DNA from: Armatimonadota bacterium
Lineage (GTDB): Bacteria; Armatimonadota; HRBIN16
Assembly: GCA_963677485.1 (NCBI GenBank)
Contig: OY781964.1
Location: 1,728,001-1,792,000 of the forward strand
Reading direction: 5' to 3'
Length of the DNA stretch: 64,000 nucleotides
This document shows, piece after piece, positions 20,185-29,551 of this stretch. Positions within the stretch are counted from its first letter, which is position 1. Every line of letters begins with the position of its first letter. The notes beneath the pieces are model-generated. The model was not told where the DNA came from. It did not search any database and worked only from the letters and a program-made list of their open reading frames with translations. The position numbers were made by a program, and so were the translations under genes.

Positions 20185-21420
20185 ATGATGATACTATTCC
20201 TGCTAATGGCCGCTATAGTGATATTGGCATCTGTACCGGCAATGTCAGCACCTAAATCGGACCGCTTTGTTCAAGACCGGTTCGCAATCAGCTTTTGGGT
20301 TGATCCGCCTGCCAACCAGATCACCGATGCGCGCTACAAAGAGATTGCTGATGCAAACTTTACCATGGTGCATGGCGCCTTTGGACCCAAGACTATGGCC
20401 GACGTCAAGAAGCAGATCGCTCTGTGCAAAAAATACAACCTGGCCGTGATCATAAAGGGCGACTTAGTCCCCGTAGACAAGCTTCCCAATGACCCCAACG
20501 TGTGGGGCTATCACCTTGTAGATGAGCCCACCATGGCGGGACTGCCCGCCGCCAGAGCCAAAATCGCGGAAGTACGCAAATACCACCCTGGCAAACTCAC
20601 CTACCTCAATCTGCTGCCGGATTATGCATCGCTGGGAGTGCTGGGCACGTCATCTTATGATGAATACATCGCCCGGTTTGGACGCGAGTCCGGCTGTGAT
20701 GTGCTTTGTATGGACTACTATCCGATTATGACACCCACTGCCGATGGCCGGGATGGCTATTGCGGCAATCTGGCGGTCATGCGCAAATACTCGCTGGAGC
20801 TGGGCATTCCGCACTGGAACTTCTTCAACACCATGCCCTACGGTCCGCACAATGAACCCACCGAATCGCACCTACGCTGGCAGGTCATGACCTCGCTGGC
20901 TTATGGCTCCAAGGGCGTGCTTTACTTCTGCTACTGGACCCCTGGCGATGGACCTAACGGTGAGTTCCCCAAAGGCGGAGCGATCATTGCACAGGACGGC
21001 GTCAGAACTCGGCACTACGAGCAGGCCAAGCGCATCAACCTGGGTGTGAAGAACTGGGGACCCACGCTGATGAAGCTCACCAGCACCGCTGTCGTGCGTG
21101 TGAAGCCGGGTGAGAATAGCGCCGAGAAGCTGGTTGGTACCGGTGTTGAAAGCATCAAGATGGAAAATGATGGCGGCGACTACCTGGTGGGCGCCTTCAA
21201 ACACGCAGATGGACGCCGCGCGGTGATGATCAACAATTATGATCACAACTACGCCACCTGGTTCACCGTGAAGTTTGATGTGCCGCTGAACAGAGTGCAG
21301 GAGCTTGATCCTGCCACCGGCAAGCTGAAGGCTGTCCGCGACGAATCACCCTGGATGCCAGGCTTGCAGCTATCGCTGGATGCCGGTGAGGGTCGGTTGT
21401 TCCTGCTTCCGGCCAGATAG
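20185..21420 (+). CDS. Secreted hypothetical protein, glycoside-hydrolase-like TIM barrel
   Basis: Signal peptide; WGYHLVDEP, MDYYP, LRWQVMTSLAYGSKGVLYFCYW pattern (clan GH-A-like). Confidence 0.7.
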   Translation: MMILFLLMAAIVILASVPAMSAPKSDRFVQDRFAISFWVDPPANQITDARYKEIADANFTMVHGAFGPKTMADVKKQIALCKKYNLAVIIKGDLVPVDKLPNDPNVWGYHLVDEPTMAGLPAARAKIAEVRKYHPGKLTYLNLLPDYASLGVLGTSSYDEYIARFGRESGCDVLCMDYYPIMTPTADGRDGYCGNLAVMRKYSLELGIPHWNFFNTMPYGPHNEPTESHLRWQVMTSLAYGSKGVLYFCYWTPGDGPNGEFPKGGAIIAQDGVRTRHYEQAKRINLGVKNWGPTLMKLTSTAVVRVKPGENSAEKLVGTGVESIKMENDGGDYLVGAFKHADGRRAVMINNYDHNYATWFTVKFDVPLNRVQELDPATGKLKAVRDESPWMPGLQLSLDAGEGRLFLLPAR

Positions 21421-21600
21421 CGGGGTCACCGCGAACTTCTCGTAAAAATGGGGTCTGTTATTGTAGAGTTATACAGTGGCAGGCCCCTGTTTCATGATCA
21501 ACCTTGCCAAGGATGTGCCAAAATGACGAGTAGTCTGCTCAGCCGTTTATCGCTACCAGGACACTGTTCTTCAGATACATGACTATCGGTCGGCATCCCT

Positions 21601-22083
21601 CCGGGCACCCACGGAGTGGGTAAGATTCTTTATAGCCACGGGTGAGCGCCAGCGTAACCCGTGGTAAACCGCGCGACATCCCTACCCACGAACGTGGGTC
21701 GCCCGATGACGATGTGGCTGATCGTCTCCGATACAAGCCATCAACCCCGCTGCGACGGGTTCCATCGCCCCGTGAACGGGGCTCCATCACCCGTCGCTAA
21801 TCATTTTGCAGCCCGCAAGCGGGCGTGGGCGAGGGCCACGACGGTCTTGAATGCCCATGTCCGGGGCGGTTTTCCCCTAACCGCGCCGGTCTGGCGGTGT
21901 GCCTACACCAGTAGTGGTCCCGCCGCGACATCAATGTCTCGGCTATTCACAGTCAAAGCAGTCTGAAGCCGCCGCGTGTCTTCCGGACACCCACGGAGTG
22001 GGTAAGACTCTTTATAGCCACGGGTGAGCGCCAGCGTAACCCGTGGTAAACCGCGCGACATCCCTACCCACGAACGTGGGTCG
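21601..22083. repeat. REP-like cluster containing a 101-bp direct repeat
   Basis: 21601-21701 and 21983-22083 differ at 2 positions; a tgtccggggcgg/accgcgccggtct unit lies between them. Confidence 0.85.
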
Positions 22084-22274
22084 AACCTTACCGCACAAGC
22101 AGCAGAGTTAAATATCTGGTTGTCGGCCTCCGTTTGCCGCCCACCCAGCTACATCACACCCAGAGCTTTACGGTATAATTCATCAGCAGTCGTTACATAA
22201 CCCATGGTAGGTGGCTGGCGCCAGCGAGGCACACTACCCGCGAGGAATGACAGAACAACAAATGAGAAGCTCAC

Positions 22275-24428
22275 TTGGATAGCCACATGACAAATATCGA
22301 CGCATCGGCCTGGATACTGACACCGGCGGAAACAGACGCCTTCATCGCCTGCGGGGAGTATTTCGCTGCCGGGTTCATGAGCGGGGATGAGGTCTCCATC
22401 CCCATGCGGCACGCCCACGGCATCGCGAGCTATTTGTCACAATGCACGCTGCCCGAATACTCCGGCGAACCGCTCTACCCCGCCAAACGGCAGATATGGG
22501 CCGACGAACACAACCCGGTGTTCTGGCACCACTATGTGGCACTGGACCTGATCATGTATCCTGCCGTAGCCGCAAGCCGTGCCGAACAGGCCAACTCGAA
22601 GCCGCTTCAGCAGGCCTACCGCAAGATGCAGACGCTGTTTGAAACCTACCCCAAAGGCGGCGGATACACCCACAGCATCATCAACTACGGTCGTGTGCAG
22701 AATGAGGGGTTGGTTTCCACCCTGTTCAGAATTCAAGACAAGATGGCCTCTGCCAGTGCTCCACAGACGGAGCTCTACGAAGCTCTGCTGGTGGTGCTGG
22801 AAGCCATCGATGGGTTTCGGATGCGTATCGCACGCTATCTGGCGAGTCTCAGTTTTGACGACCCACAGTCCGAATCCAACCGCAAACGGCTGCAAGATGC
22901 CTTTGGCAGCGGTCTGCCCACGCGCCGTGCAAACGGATTCTTCGAAGCGATGCTGGCCACCACTTTCATGTTTGCGATCGACGGCAGCGATGACCTGGGC
23001 CGGTTTGACCAGTTCATGTGGCCGTACTACCAAAAAGAGATCGAGGCGGGCACCCTAAGCCGCGGCGAAGCACTGGAGCTGGTGCAGGCCCTATGGCGAT
23101 ATGTGGATGACTGCAGCGGCTGGAACACCGCGCTGGGCGGCACCACACCAGACGGTCAGGACGCCACCAACGAGCTAACCCTGCTCTGCATCGAAGCCGC
23201 CAAAGGGCGACGCAGACCCAACCTGGCACTGCGAATCCGCGAGGACGTCTCCGAACAGACTTGGAATGCGGTGCTGGACTGCATCGCCACAGGCTGCGGG
23301 TTACCGGCGCTTTACTGCGAAGAGAACTACCTGTATGCGATCGACACCGCGCACCTTGGCTTGTCAGCGGAGGACCGGCTGAACTTCGCTTTTGGCGGCT
23401 GCACTGAGCTGATGGTCCACGGCTGCTCCAATGTAGGCTCGATTGAGTTCGACTTGAACATCCTGAAGCTGATGGAGGAGTGCCTCGACGCCAACCTGGA
23501 GTCTTGCAGCAGCTTCGAGCGGTTGCTGGAGTGCTACGAGCAGAGGGTTCGGGAGGCTGCCGTGGCCTATACGCAGATGGCGAATCGAAACCAGCAGACA
23601 CGCGCGGGTTATCACCCGCAGCTCATCCGCACGCTGTTCGTCGATGACTGTATAGATAGAGGCTTGAGCTTCGCCGCGGGTGGGGCGCGGTGCAACTGGA
23701 GCGTGGTCGGCATCGCCGGGCTCGCCAACGTCATCGACTCACTGTCGGCAGTCCGCAAGATGGTCTATGAAGATAAACAGATCACCGCACAGGAGCTGCT
23801 TGCGGCACTGCACGCGAATTTCGAGGGATACGATGAGCTGCTTCTGGCACTGCGAAAATGTCCCAAGTTCGGCAACGACGACCCAGTGGTCGACAAGCTG
23901 GCGGAGCGGTTGTCGTCTATTGTTTACCAGGAACCCAGCCGGCACAATCCGTGGCGCGGCGGCAAGTTCCTGAGCTCCACCATCATGTTTGTGCTATACG
24001 GCATCTTCGGGCAGCCGGTCGGCGCCACACCCGATGGCCGTCTAGCCGGCACCCCCATCGCCGACTCCGCGGGTCCGGTGCAAGGCCGCGACACGCACGG
24101 TCCCACCGCCATGCTGCGCTCGGTGGCCAGCCAGCATCTGGAGTATGCGCCTGGCACGCCGGTGTTGAACTGCCGTATCACCAGGCATCTGGTCAGCACC
24201 CCCGAGGGGCGTCAGAAGCTGATCTCGCTGATCAAGGGCTATTTCGCGCTGGGTGGGTTGCAGCTTCAGTTGAACGTGGTCGATCAGGCGGTGTTGCGGG
24301 ATGCCATCGAGCACCCGGAGCTACATGACGACCTGATCATCCGCATCGGCGGCTATTCGGAGTATTTCAACCTGCTCTCGCCGGAGTTAAAAACCACCTT
24401 TATGGACCGCACCGAGCACGAAGGGTGA
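22275..24428 (+). CDS. Glycyl radical enzyme (pyruvate formate-lyase superfamily), function unknown
   Basis: LGRFDQFMWPYY, GGCTE Cys loop, PKFGNDD, GATPDGRLAG and C-terminal LQLNVVD...LIIRIGGYS glycyl motif. Confidence 0.9.
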   Translation: MDSHMTNIDASAWILTPAETDAFIACGEYFAAGFMSGDEVSIPMRHAHGIASYLSQCTLPEYSGEPLYPAKRQIWADEHNPVFWHHYVALDLIMYPAVAASRAEQANSKPLQQAYRKMQTLFETYPKGGGYTHSIINYGRVQNEGLVSTLFRIQDKMASASAPQTELYEALLVVLEAIDGFRMRIARYLASLSFDDPQSESNRKRLQDAFGSGLPTRRANGFFEAMLATTFMFAIDGSDDLGRFDQFMWPYYQKEIEAGTLSRGEALELVQALWRYVDDCSGWNTALGGTTPDGQDATNELTLLCIEAAKGRRRPNLALRIREDVSEQTWNAVLDCIATGCGLPALYCEENYLYAIDTAHLGLSAEDRLNFAFGGCTELMVHGCSNVGSIEFDLNILKLMEECLDANLESCSSFERLLECYEQRVREAAVAYTQMANRNQQTRAGYHPQLIRTLFVDDCIDRGLSFAAGGARCNWSVVGIAGLANVIDSLSAVRKMVYEDKQITAQELLAALHANFEGYDELLLALRKCPKFGNDDPVVDKLAERLSSIVYQEPSRHNPWRGGKFLSSTIMFVLYGIFGQPVGATPDGRLAGTPIADSAGPVQGRDTHGPTAMLRSVASQHLEYAPGTPVLNCRITRHLVSTPEGRQKLISLIKGYFALGGLQLQLNVVDQAVLRDAIEHPELHDDLIIRIGGYSEYFNLLSPELKTTFMDRTEHEG

Positions 24429-24512
24429 GGGGGTGATTCGGCAGGGACCACCACGACGCTTGACAGCCCCAATGAAAACGGGTACAAGTAACTCAGAGCA
24501 GAACTGGCTGGT

Positions 24513-25091
24513 ATGTGTAAGCTTACTCGCTACAAACATATGGTAACCAACCATCCAAGAGAGCTGGCAGATTACAGCAATTTCTGGAATCGACTATTTC
24601 CGGAGCTGAGGTGGGGCGTTCTGGAATTGCTTATGATGCGGATGCAGGTGCGCAAAGGACAAACTATGGAAAGCAAAATGATAGATTTACGTACGCGCGG
24701 ACTAACAAATGTCGTGGATGGTTATTCATATATCTTTGGATATGGGAAAACGCGGGTAATCCGGCAATTTGAGTATGAAAAAATATCAAAGATCCTAGCA
24801 TCAGTAGAAGATATGGATGTCGGTCGTATAGATATACGTACCGATGTGAAGCGTCCATATACTATGATCACTGTTAATAACGGCCCTGCATCATTTAGTA
24901 TAAACTACCAGATGATTATCCTTTATTTGTTCAATCGTCATCGTAAAATGTGGAAACTAGTGACATTTATTCCAGGTGTATTGCTTCGGAACCCAAACGA
25001 TGTACTGACAATGGATAAAACCCAGGCTCATGTACTTGTAGTCGACATAACCACTGGTAAAGAGAGGCATCGTTATCCGATAAGTTCATAA
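24513..25091 (+). CDS. Hypothetical protein (AT-rich)
   Basis: 192-aa ORF filling an AT-rich interval; true start uncertain (possibly 24666). Confidence 0.45.
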   Translation: MCKLTRYKHMVTNHPRELADYSNFWNRLFPELRWGVLELLMMRMQVRKGQTMESKMIDLRTRGLTNVVDGYSYIFGYGKTRVIRQFEYEKISKILASVEDMDVGRIDIRTDVKRPYTMITVNNGPASFSINYQMIILYLFNRHRKMWKLVTFIPGVLLRNPNDVLTMDKTQAHVLVVDITTGKERHRYPISS

Positions 25092-25128
25092 AGACACTCT
25101 GTTATGCCAGCCCAGGTGTGACGGGTTC

Positions 25129-25200
25129 GGCTATCCGCCAGACCGGCGCGGTCTTGAGCCTTCTGCAACCGCTAGCGTACTGACAGACCGCCCCGGACAT
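25129..25200. repeat. REP-like unit (agaccggcgcggtct...cagaccgccccggacat family)
   Basis: Near-identical to 3529-3600. Confidence 0.8.
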
Positions 25201-25304
25201 TGCCAATCACGGCTGTGTAGCTACCAATGCCATCGACCGGCGCGGTTTCGAGTAACCGCGCCGGTTGTATGATCTCAGAAGCCCACGCTGGGCAGGTATT
25301 GACG

Positions 25305-26789
25305 CTACTTTTCGGCGGCCCCGGCGTTCTTGGTGGCCTCTTCGCGCGCGGCTTCCATCTCATCCACTGTCTTGGTGTGCAGGCGGGCGGCTCCTTCGTA
25401 GCCCTCTTTCACTGGAATACGCGGCAGGTTGTCGCGCCGCCATTTGGCCTCACCGATGGCCTGCGCATACTGAGGCAGCCATTCGGCCTGCGCAATCAGC
25501 ATATCATCCACCAACTGCCATATCTCGGGTGGCGTACACACCGCCCCCACCAGCGGGTCCATCATGAACGCCTGCCGCAGCAGGTTGATGTCACCATGCA
25601 TGGCGGCCTCCACCGACAGCCTCTGCACGCTGATGCTGGCATTGCACACGGCCGCGCAGCCCAGTGGAAGGTCGCCCACACGCGGGATGCCGATGCCGTT
25701 GCCATCCACGTAGCCCGGAACCTCCACGATGCAGTCATCGGGCAGGTTGGAAATCGCGCCGTGGTTCACCACATTGAAGTGGCCTCGGTAGATACGGCCC
25801 GTCTCAAGACTCTCTACGATGAAGCTGCCATGCTCATGGCTGCGGTCTTCTGGCCGGTGCGTCCACGGGTCAGCCTGCATCCAGTTGGGGAAGTCGTGCT
25901 CAAACCAGTTGCGTCCCTCGTTGCAGACCCGCAGATAGCCGCCTGTCTCACCCATGATCCAGGCATCCAGAGATATCCAGTCGTTGATTTCGCTGGCGCG
26001 CTTGCGGTACCAGGGCAGGTATTCGCTGAGGTGGCCATTCGACTCCGTGCTGTAGTAACCGAAACGCCGGATCATGTCGATGCGCACCTTCTCCTGCTTA
26101 CTAAAGGTCTCGTGTTTTTCGAACGCTTCCAGAATCTTGCCGGTCAGGTCCACACCTTTGTGCTTCACTCCGATGTACCAGGTCTGGTGGTTGATGCCCG
26201 CGCAGATGATGTCAAGCTCTTCCTGCGGGATATTCAACGCCTGCGATATCTGCCAGATGCCGCCATGCACGCCGTGGCATAGCCCCACCACCCGCACGCC
26301 GTATCCGTAATGGTTGGCCGTCCAGGTGTTCATAGCCATGGGGTTGCTGTAGTTCAGCAGCAGGCAGTTGGGGGCCGCGACCTCGCTGATGTCCTTGCAG
26401 ATGCCCCTCATGGCGTGCATGGTGCGCTGACCATACATGATTCCGCCGGCACACAGCGTGTCGCCCACGCACTGATCGACGCCATACTGCAGGGGGATGT
26501 CGATATCGGTCTGGAACGCCTCCAGCCCACCCTGCCTGATGAAGCAGTAGACGTAGTTGGCGTCTTTGAACGCCTCACGGCGGTCCTGGGTGCTGGACAC
26601 AGTGGCGGGTAGACCCGAGCCAGCGATGTCACGCTCCACCAGTTGTTTCACCATATCCAGGTTGTGCTGGTTGATGTCGGTAAACACAAAATGCGTGTCG
26701 GCTAGTTCCGGCACGGCAAGAAGGTCGCGAACAATGATCCGGGTGAAGCCGACGCTGCCAGCTCCGATGACTGCAATCTTTAGCGGCAT
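25305..26789 (-). CDS. melA: GH4 NAD+-dependent alpha-galactosidase/alpha-glucosidase
   Basis: KIAVIGAGS Rossmann motif, DIPLQYGVDQCVGDT, LNYSNPMA, GLCHG, AGINHQ, TESNGHLSEYLPWY; start set at MPLKI (26789). Confidence 0.9.
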   Translation of the reverse strand: MPLKIAVIGAGSVGFTRIIVRDLLAVPELADTHFVFTDINQHNLDMVKQLVERDIAGSGLPATVSSTQDRREAFKDANYVYCFIRQGGLEAFQTDIDIPLQYGVDQCVGDTLCAGGIMYGQRTMHAMRGICKDISEVAAPNCLLLNYSNPMAMNTWTANHYGYGVRVVGLCHGVHGGIWQISQALNIPQEELDIICAGINHQTWYIGVKHKGVDLTGKILEAFEKHETFSKQEKVRIDMIRRFGYYSTESNGHLSEYLPWYRKRASEINDWISLDAWIMGETGGYLRVCNEGRNWFEHDFPNWMQADPWTHRPEDRSHEHGSFIVESLETGRIYRGHFNVVNHGAISNLPDDCIVEVPGYVDGNGIGIPRVGDLPLGCAAVCNASISVQRLSVEAAMHGDINLLRQAFMMDPLVGAVCTPPEIWQLVDDMLIAQAEWLPQYAQAIGEAKWRRDNLPRIPVKEGYEGAARLHTKTVDEMEAAREEATKNAGAAEK

Positions 26790-26811
26790 GATGATCTCTC
26801 CTGCGAAACTG

Positions 26812-27798
26812 TTACTTGGCCTCTTTGGCAGCTTTAGCGGCATCCTGCCAGGCTTTGTCAAAACGGGGCATGCTGATCTTGATTTTCGCCGCTATTCGCA
26901 TTATGGCAAGTTCCTTGTCCAGATCGCGCTTGCTTTTGGACAGCATGAGCATACGGGTCAAATCATCTTTCACAGAATCAAAGGAAGGTGTTTCTTTTTG
27001 TCTGCGTTCCAGTACTTTTACCACCAGATATATCTTTGTGGTCTTCGCGTTTTCGCCTTCACCTTCCACGGCACCATCCAGCGCGAACGGACCCACGGGG
27101 CTGTTCGGCAGAGCGGTCCAGATCAGCGGCCATACAGCATCGGGCCAGGAGGAGGGGGTCATCCATTCGTTGATCACACCGTCTTTGTCACGGCTGGGAT
27201 GGATGGAGTTTTCACGAGCGATCTGAGAGAAGTCCACAGTTTTCGCCGCCTCCAGCACCGCATTGGCCGCCTCTTCGGTGGCGCACTGCACAAGCTGGAT
27301 TTTGACCGCTTCAGGAACAGTGATCTCATTAAGGTGATCGTTGTAATACTTTTTCACATCCTCAGGAGTGGTGGTGATCCCTTTGGTGCGGATGTTGAAC
27401 TTGGAAAGCTCCACGGTCAGGTCATCGCGGTAATCCGCCTCTGTGTATCCTAACTGATCTAGGTTGGCTTGGAAATCCTTCTTGGCCTTCAAGCGGACCA
27501 TCTCGGCATCGAGTTGCGGCTTAGTGGGCAGCACTCCGTCCTTTTTGGCCAGCTCCAGCACCAGGCTGCGGTCGATCAGGTTCCGCAGTGCCACATAGCC
27601 TGCCTGCACCGTCACCGGTTTGCCTATAGAATCTGTGCCCACAGGAATAGGAACACGCTCGAGTTCCATGATATAGTCATCGCGGCTGATCTTTTGGCCG
27701 TTCACCTCAGCTACATTGGTATCGGCCCACAATGTTGCCACCGCAAGCGCACTCAACCCCACCAACGCCACAAAACTGTAGTTTATTTTAATCCGCAT
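26812..27798 (-). CDS. PrsA/SurA-like parvulin peptidyl-prolyl isomerase (foldase)
   Basis: Signal peptide, VAEVNGQKISR, FSQIARENS...DG rotamase motif; GGAGG RBS before 27798. Confidence 0.8.
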   Translation of the reverse strand: MRIKINYSFVALVGLSALAVATLWADTNVAEVNGQKISRDDYIMELERVPIPVGTDSIGKPVTVQAGYVALRNLIDRSLVLELAKKDGVLPTKPQLDAEMVRLKAKKDFQANLDQLGYTEADYRDDLTVELSKFNIRTKGITTTPEDVKKYYNDHLNEITVPEAVKIQLVQCATEEAANAVLEAAKTVDFSQIARENSIHPSRDKDGVINEWMTPSSWPDAVWPLIWTALPNSPVGPFALDGAVEGEGENAKTTKIYLVVKVLERRQKETPSFDSVKDDLTRMLMLSKSKRDLDKELAIMRIAAKIKISMPRFDKAWQDAAKAAKEAK

Positions 27799-27968
27799 TA
27801 TAGCCTCCAGTATTTGATTCATCTGCCGTGTAGTATAACAGCAATGACACGACGGGCATGATTCTTCCCACCAGTTTATATAGACTGTGCGAAAGCCGGT
27901 TTAGCTACATGCGGCAAATGGGTATCATAGATATGTGTGCGTAAGTGTGATGAATTCAGGGAGATGAA

Positions 27969-29240
27969 ATGAGATATTTCGGGATATTCGCGGCGATAGT
28001 TACCATATTCTGTGCAGTCACGACAGGGCAGACGCAGGTCACTCAAGTAAATGTGATGCGCAACGGGGCTGCAGGAGACACAAAGACCGACGACACCGCC
28101 GCGTTCCAGCAAACTCTAAACGAACTCGCCAAGACGGGCGGCACGGTGATGGTGCCGCAAGGACGATTCCTGATCAAAGGCAACTTGAATGTGCCCGATA
28201 ATGTGACCATAGAGGGTATCTGGAAGGCACCTAACGCCGGGCTGAGTTACCAGGGAAGTGTGCTGCTAGTCACGGCCGGAGCCGGTGAAGAGGCCGGTGC
28301 CCCCTTCATCACACTGAATAAAAACAGCGGGATCAAGGGACTGACCATTTTCTACCCCGACCAAAACGCCGATAAGCCGGTCGCATACCCTTACACCGTG
28401 GCCAGCTCCGGCGCAGAGAACCCCAGCATCATCGACTGCACGATCCTGAACCCCTACCAGGCGGTCGACTTCGGCAGCAAGGGCAGCACCCGCCATACCA
28501 TCCGCGGTCTGTATGGCCAGCCGCTGCGCCGGGGCATCTATGTGAATAACAGCCTCGATGCGGGCCGCATTGAGAATGTGCATTTTGGTCCCTTCTGGGC
28601 GTGGGAGGGCAAACCGGCACTTCAGAAATTCCAGCGCGAGAACGGTGAGGCGTTCATCTTCGCCCGCACCGACTGGCAGATGGTGTCCTACAGCTACTGC
28701 TCGGGATACAAAGTGGGTTACCGGTTCATGCGCAGTGCTGCGGGTGTGGCTTTTGGCAGCTTCTCCGGCCTCGCGGCGAATGATTGCCGTTATGCCGTGG
28801 TGGTGGAAGATTGCGCGAAACAGGGTCTGCTTATCTCCAACGGCCAGTTTGGGGTGGGTGCTGCTGCCGACTCCACACAGCTCACGGTTAAAGCCACCAA
28901 CTCGGGCCGCATACAGCTCAACAACTGCTCCCTGTGGGGACCGGCACTTTTCAACTTGCGGGTGGCTGGCAAAGGGGCCGTCATGCTAAGCAACTGCAAT
29001 CTTTCGGATTGGGCATCAGCAGCCAGACCGGGGGCCGCGATAGAAGCGTTTGGCGGCGACATCAGCGTGACCGGATGCCAGTTTGGAGGCATATACGGGC
29101 CTGCGCTATCGCTGCGTAAAGGCACGCGGTCAGGCATCTTCGTGGGGAACAGCGTGAAGGGGGTAGTTGGGGTGTTGAACGGCTCCAATGTGCCGTTGGC
29201 CGAGAGCGGTAACCTCACGGCAGTATCCCCAGGACGATAG
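27969..29240 (+). CDS. Secreted pectate-lyase-superfamily beta-helix protein
   Basis: GAAGDTKTDDTAAFQ...GGTVMVPQGRF N-terminal motif followed by beta-helix repeats. Confidence 0.8.
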   Translation: MRYFGIFAAIVTIFCAVTTGQTQVTQVNVMRNGAAGDTKTDDTAAFQQTLNELAKTGGTVMVPQGRFLIKGNLNVPDNVTIEGIWKAPNAGLSYQGSVLLVTAGAGEEAGAPFITLNKNSGIKGLTIFYPDQNADKPVAYPYTVASSGAENPSIIDCTILNPYQAVDFGSKGSTRHTIRGLYGQPLRRGIYVNNSLDAGRIENVHFGPFWAWEGKPALQKFQRENGEAFIFARTDWQMVSYSYCSGYKVGYRFMRSAAGVAFGSFSGLAANDCRYAVVVEDCAKQGLLISNGQFGVGAAADSTQLTVKATNSGRIQLNNCSLWGPALFNLRVAGKGAVMLSNCNLSDWASAARPGAAIEAFGGDISVTGCQFGGIYGPALSLRKGTRSGIFVGNSVKGVVGVLNGSNVPLAESGNLTAVSPGR

Positions 29241-29352
29241 CGGCGTATACGCGATGTTGCTGATTCTAGTGGCAAATTGAGCTACCGGGGTTGGTGTAGC
29301 GGCTTGCTTATGTGTGAGACGTGCATAGAACTCGTGCTGACACCGCAGCCCA

Positions 29353-29437
29353 TCGTAGGGGCGTCCCTTGTGGGCACCCTAATCGTTGTTCATATGATGG
29401 TTCTCGTTTTGGGCGCCCACAAGGGACGCCCCTACGA
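29353..29437. repeat. GTAG-type REP doublet, copy 2
   Basis: Same 85-bp length and near-identical arms as 111-195, with a diverged spacer; lies between convergent genes. Confidence 0.85.
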
Positions 29438-29551
29438 CCAGCTACGTACAATCGTCAGAGCAACCCGTGGCTATAAGACCTGCTACCCACTTCGTGGGTG
29501 CCAGACCATGCGCAGCGTGTGACCTCGCCCATGGCTATATGAATCCTCGCC

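Noticed and set aside
21601-22083. Direct repeats considered as a CRISPR array or riboswitch
   Set aside because: Only two 101-bp copies, built from motifs dispersed elsewhere in both orientations; no recognisable riboswitch consensus
25227-27453. 351-aa and 298-aa plus-strand ORFs
   Set aside because: Antisense to the GH4 and foldase genes; typical of GC-rich coding DNA
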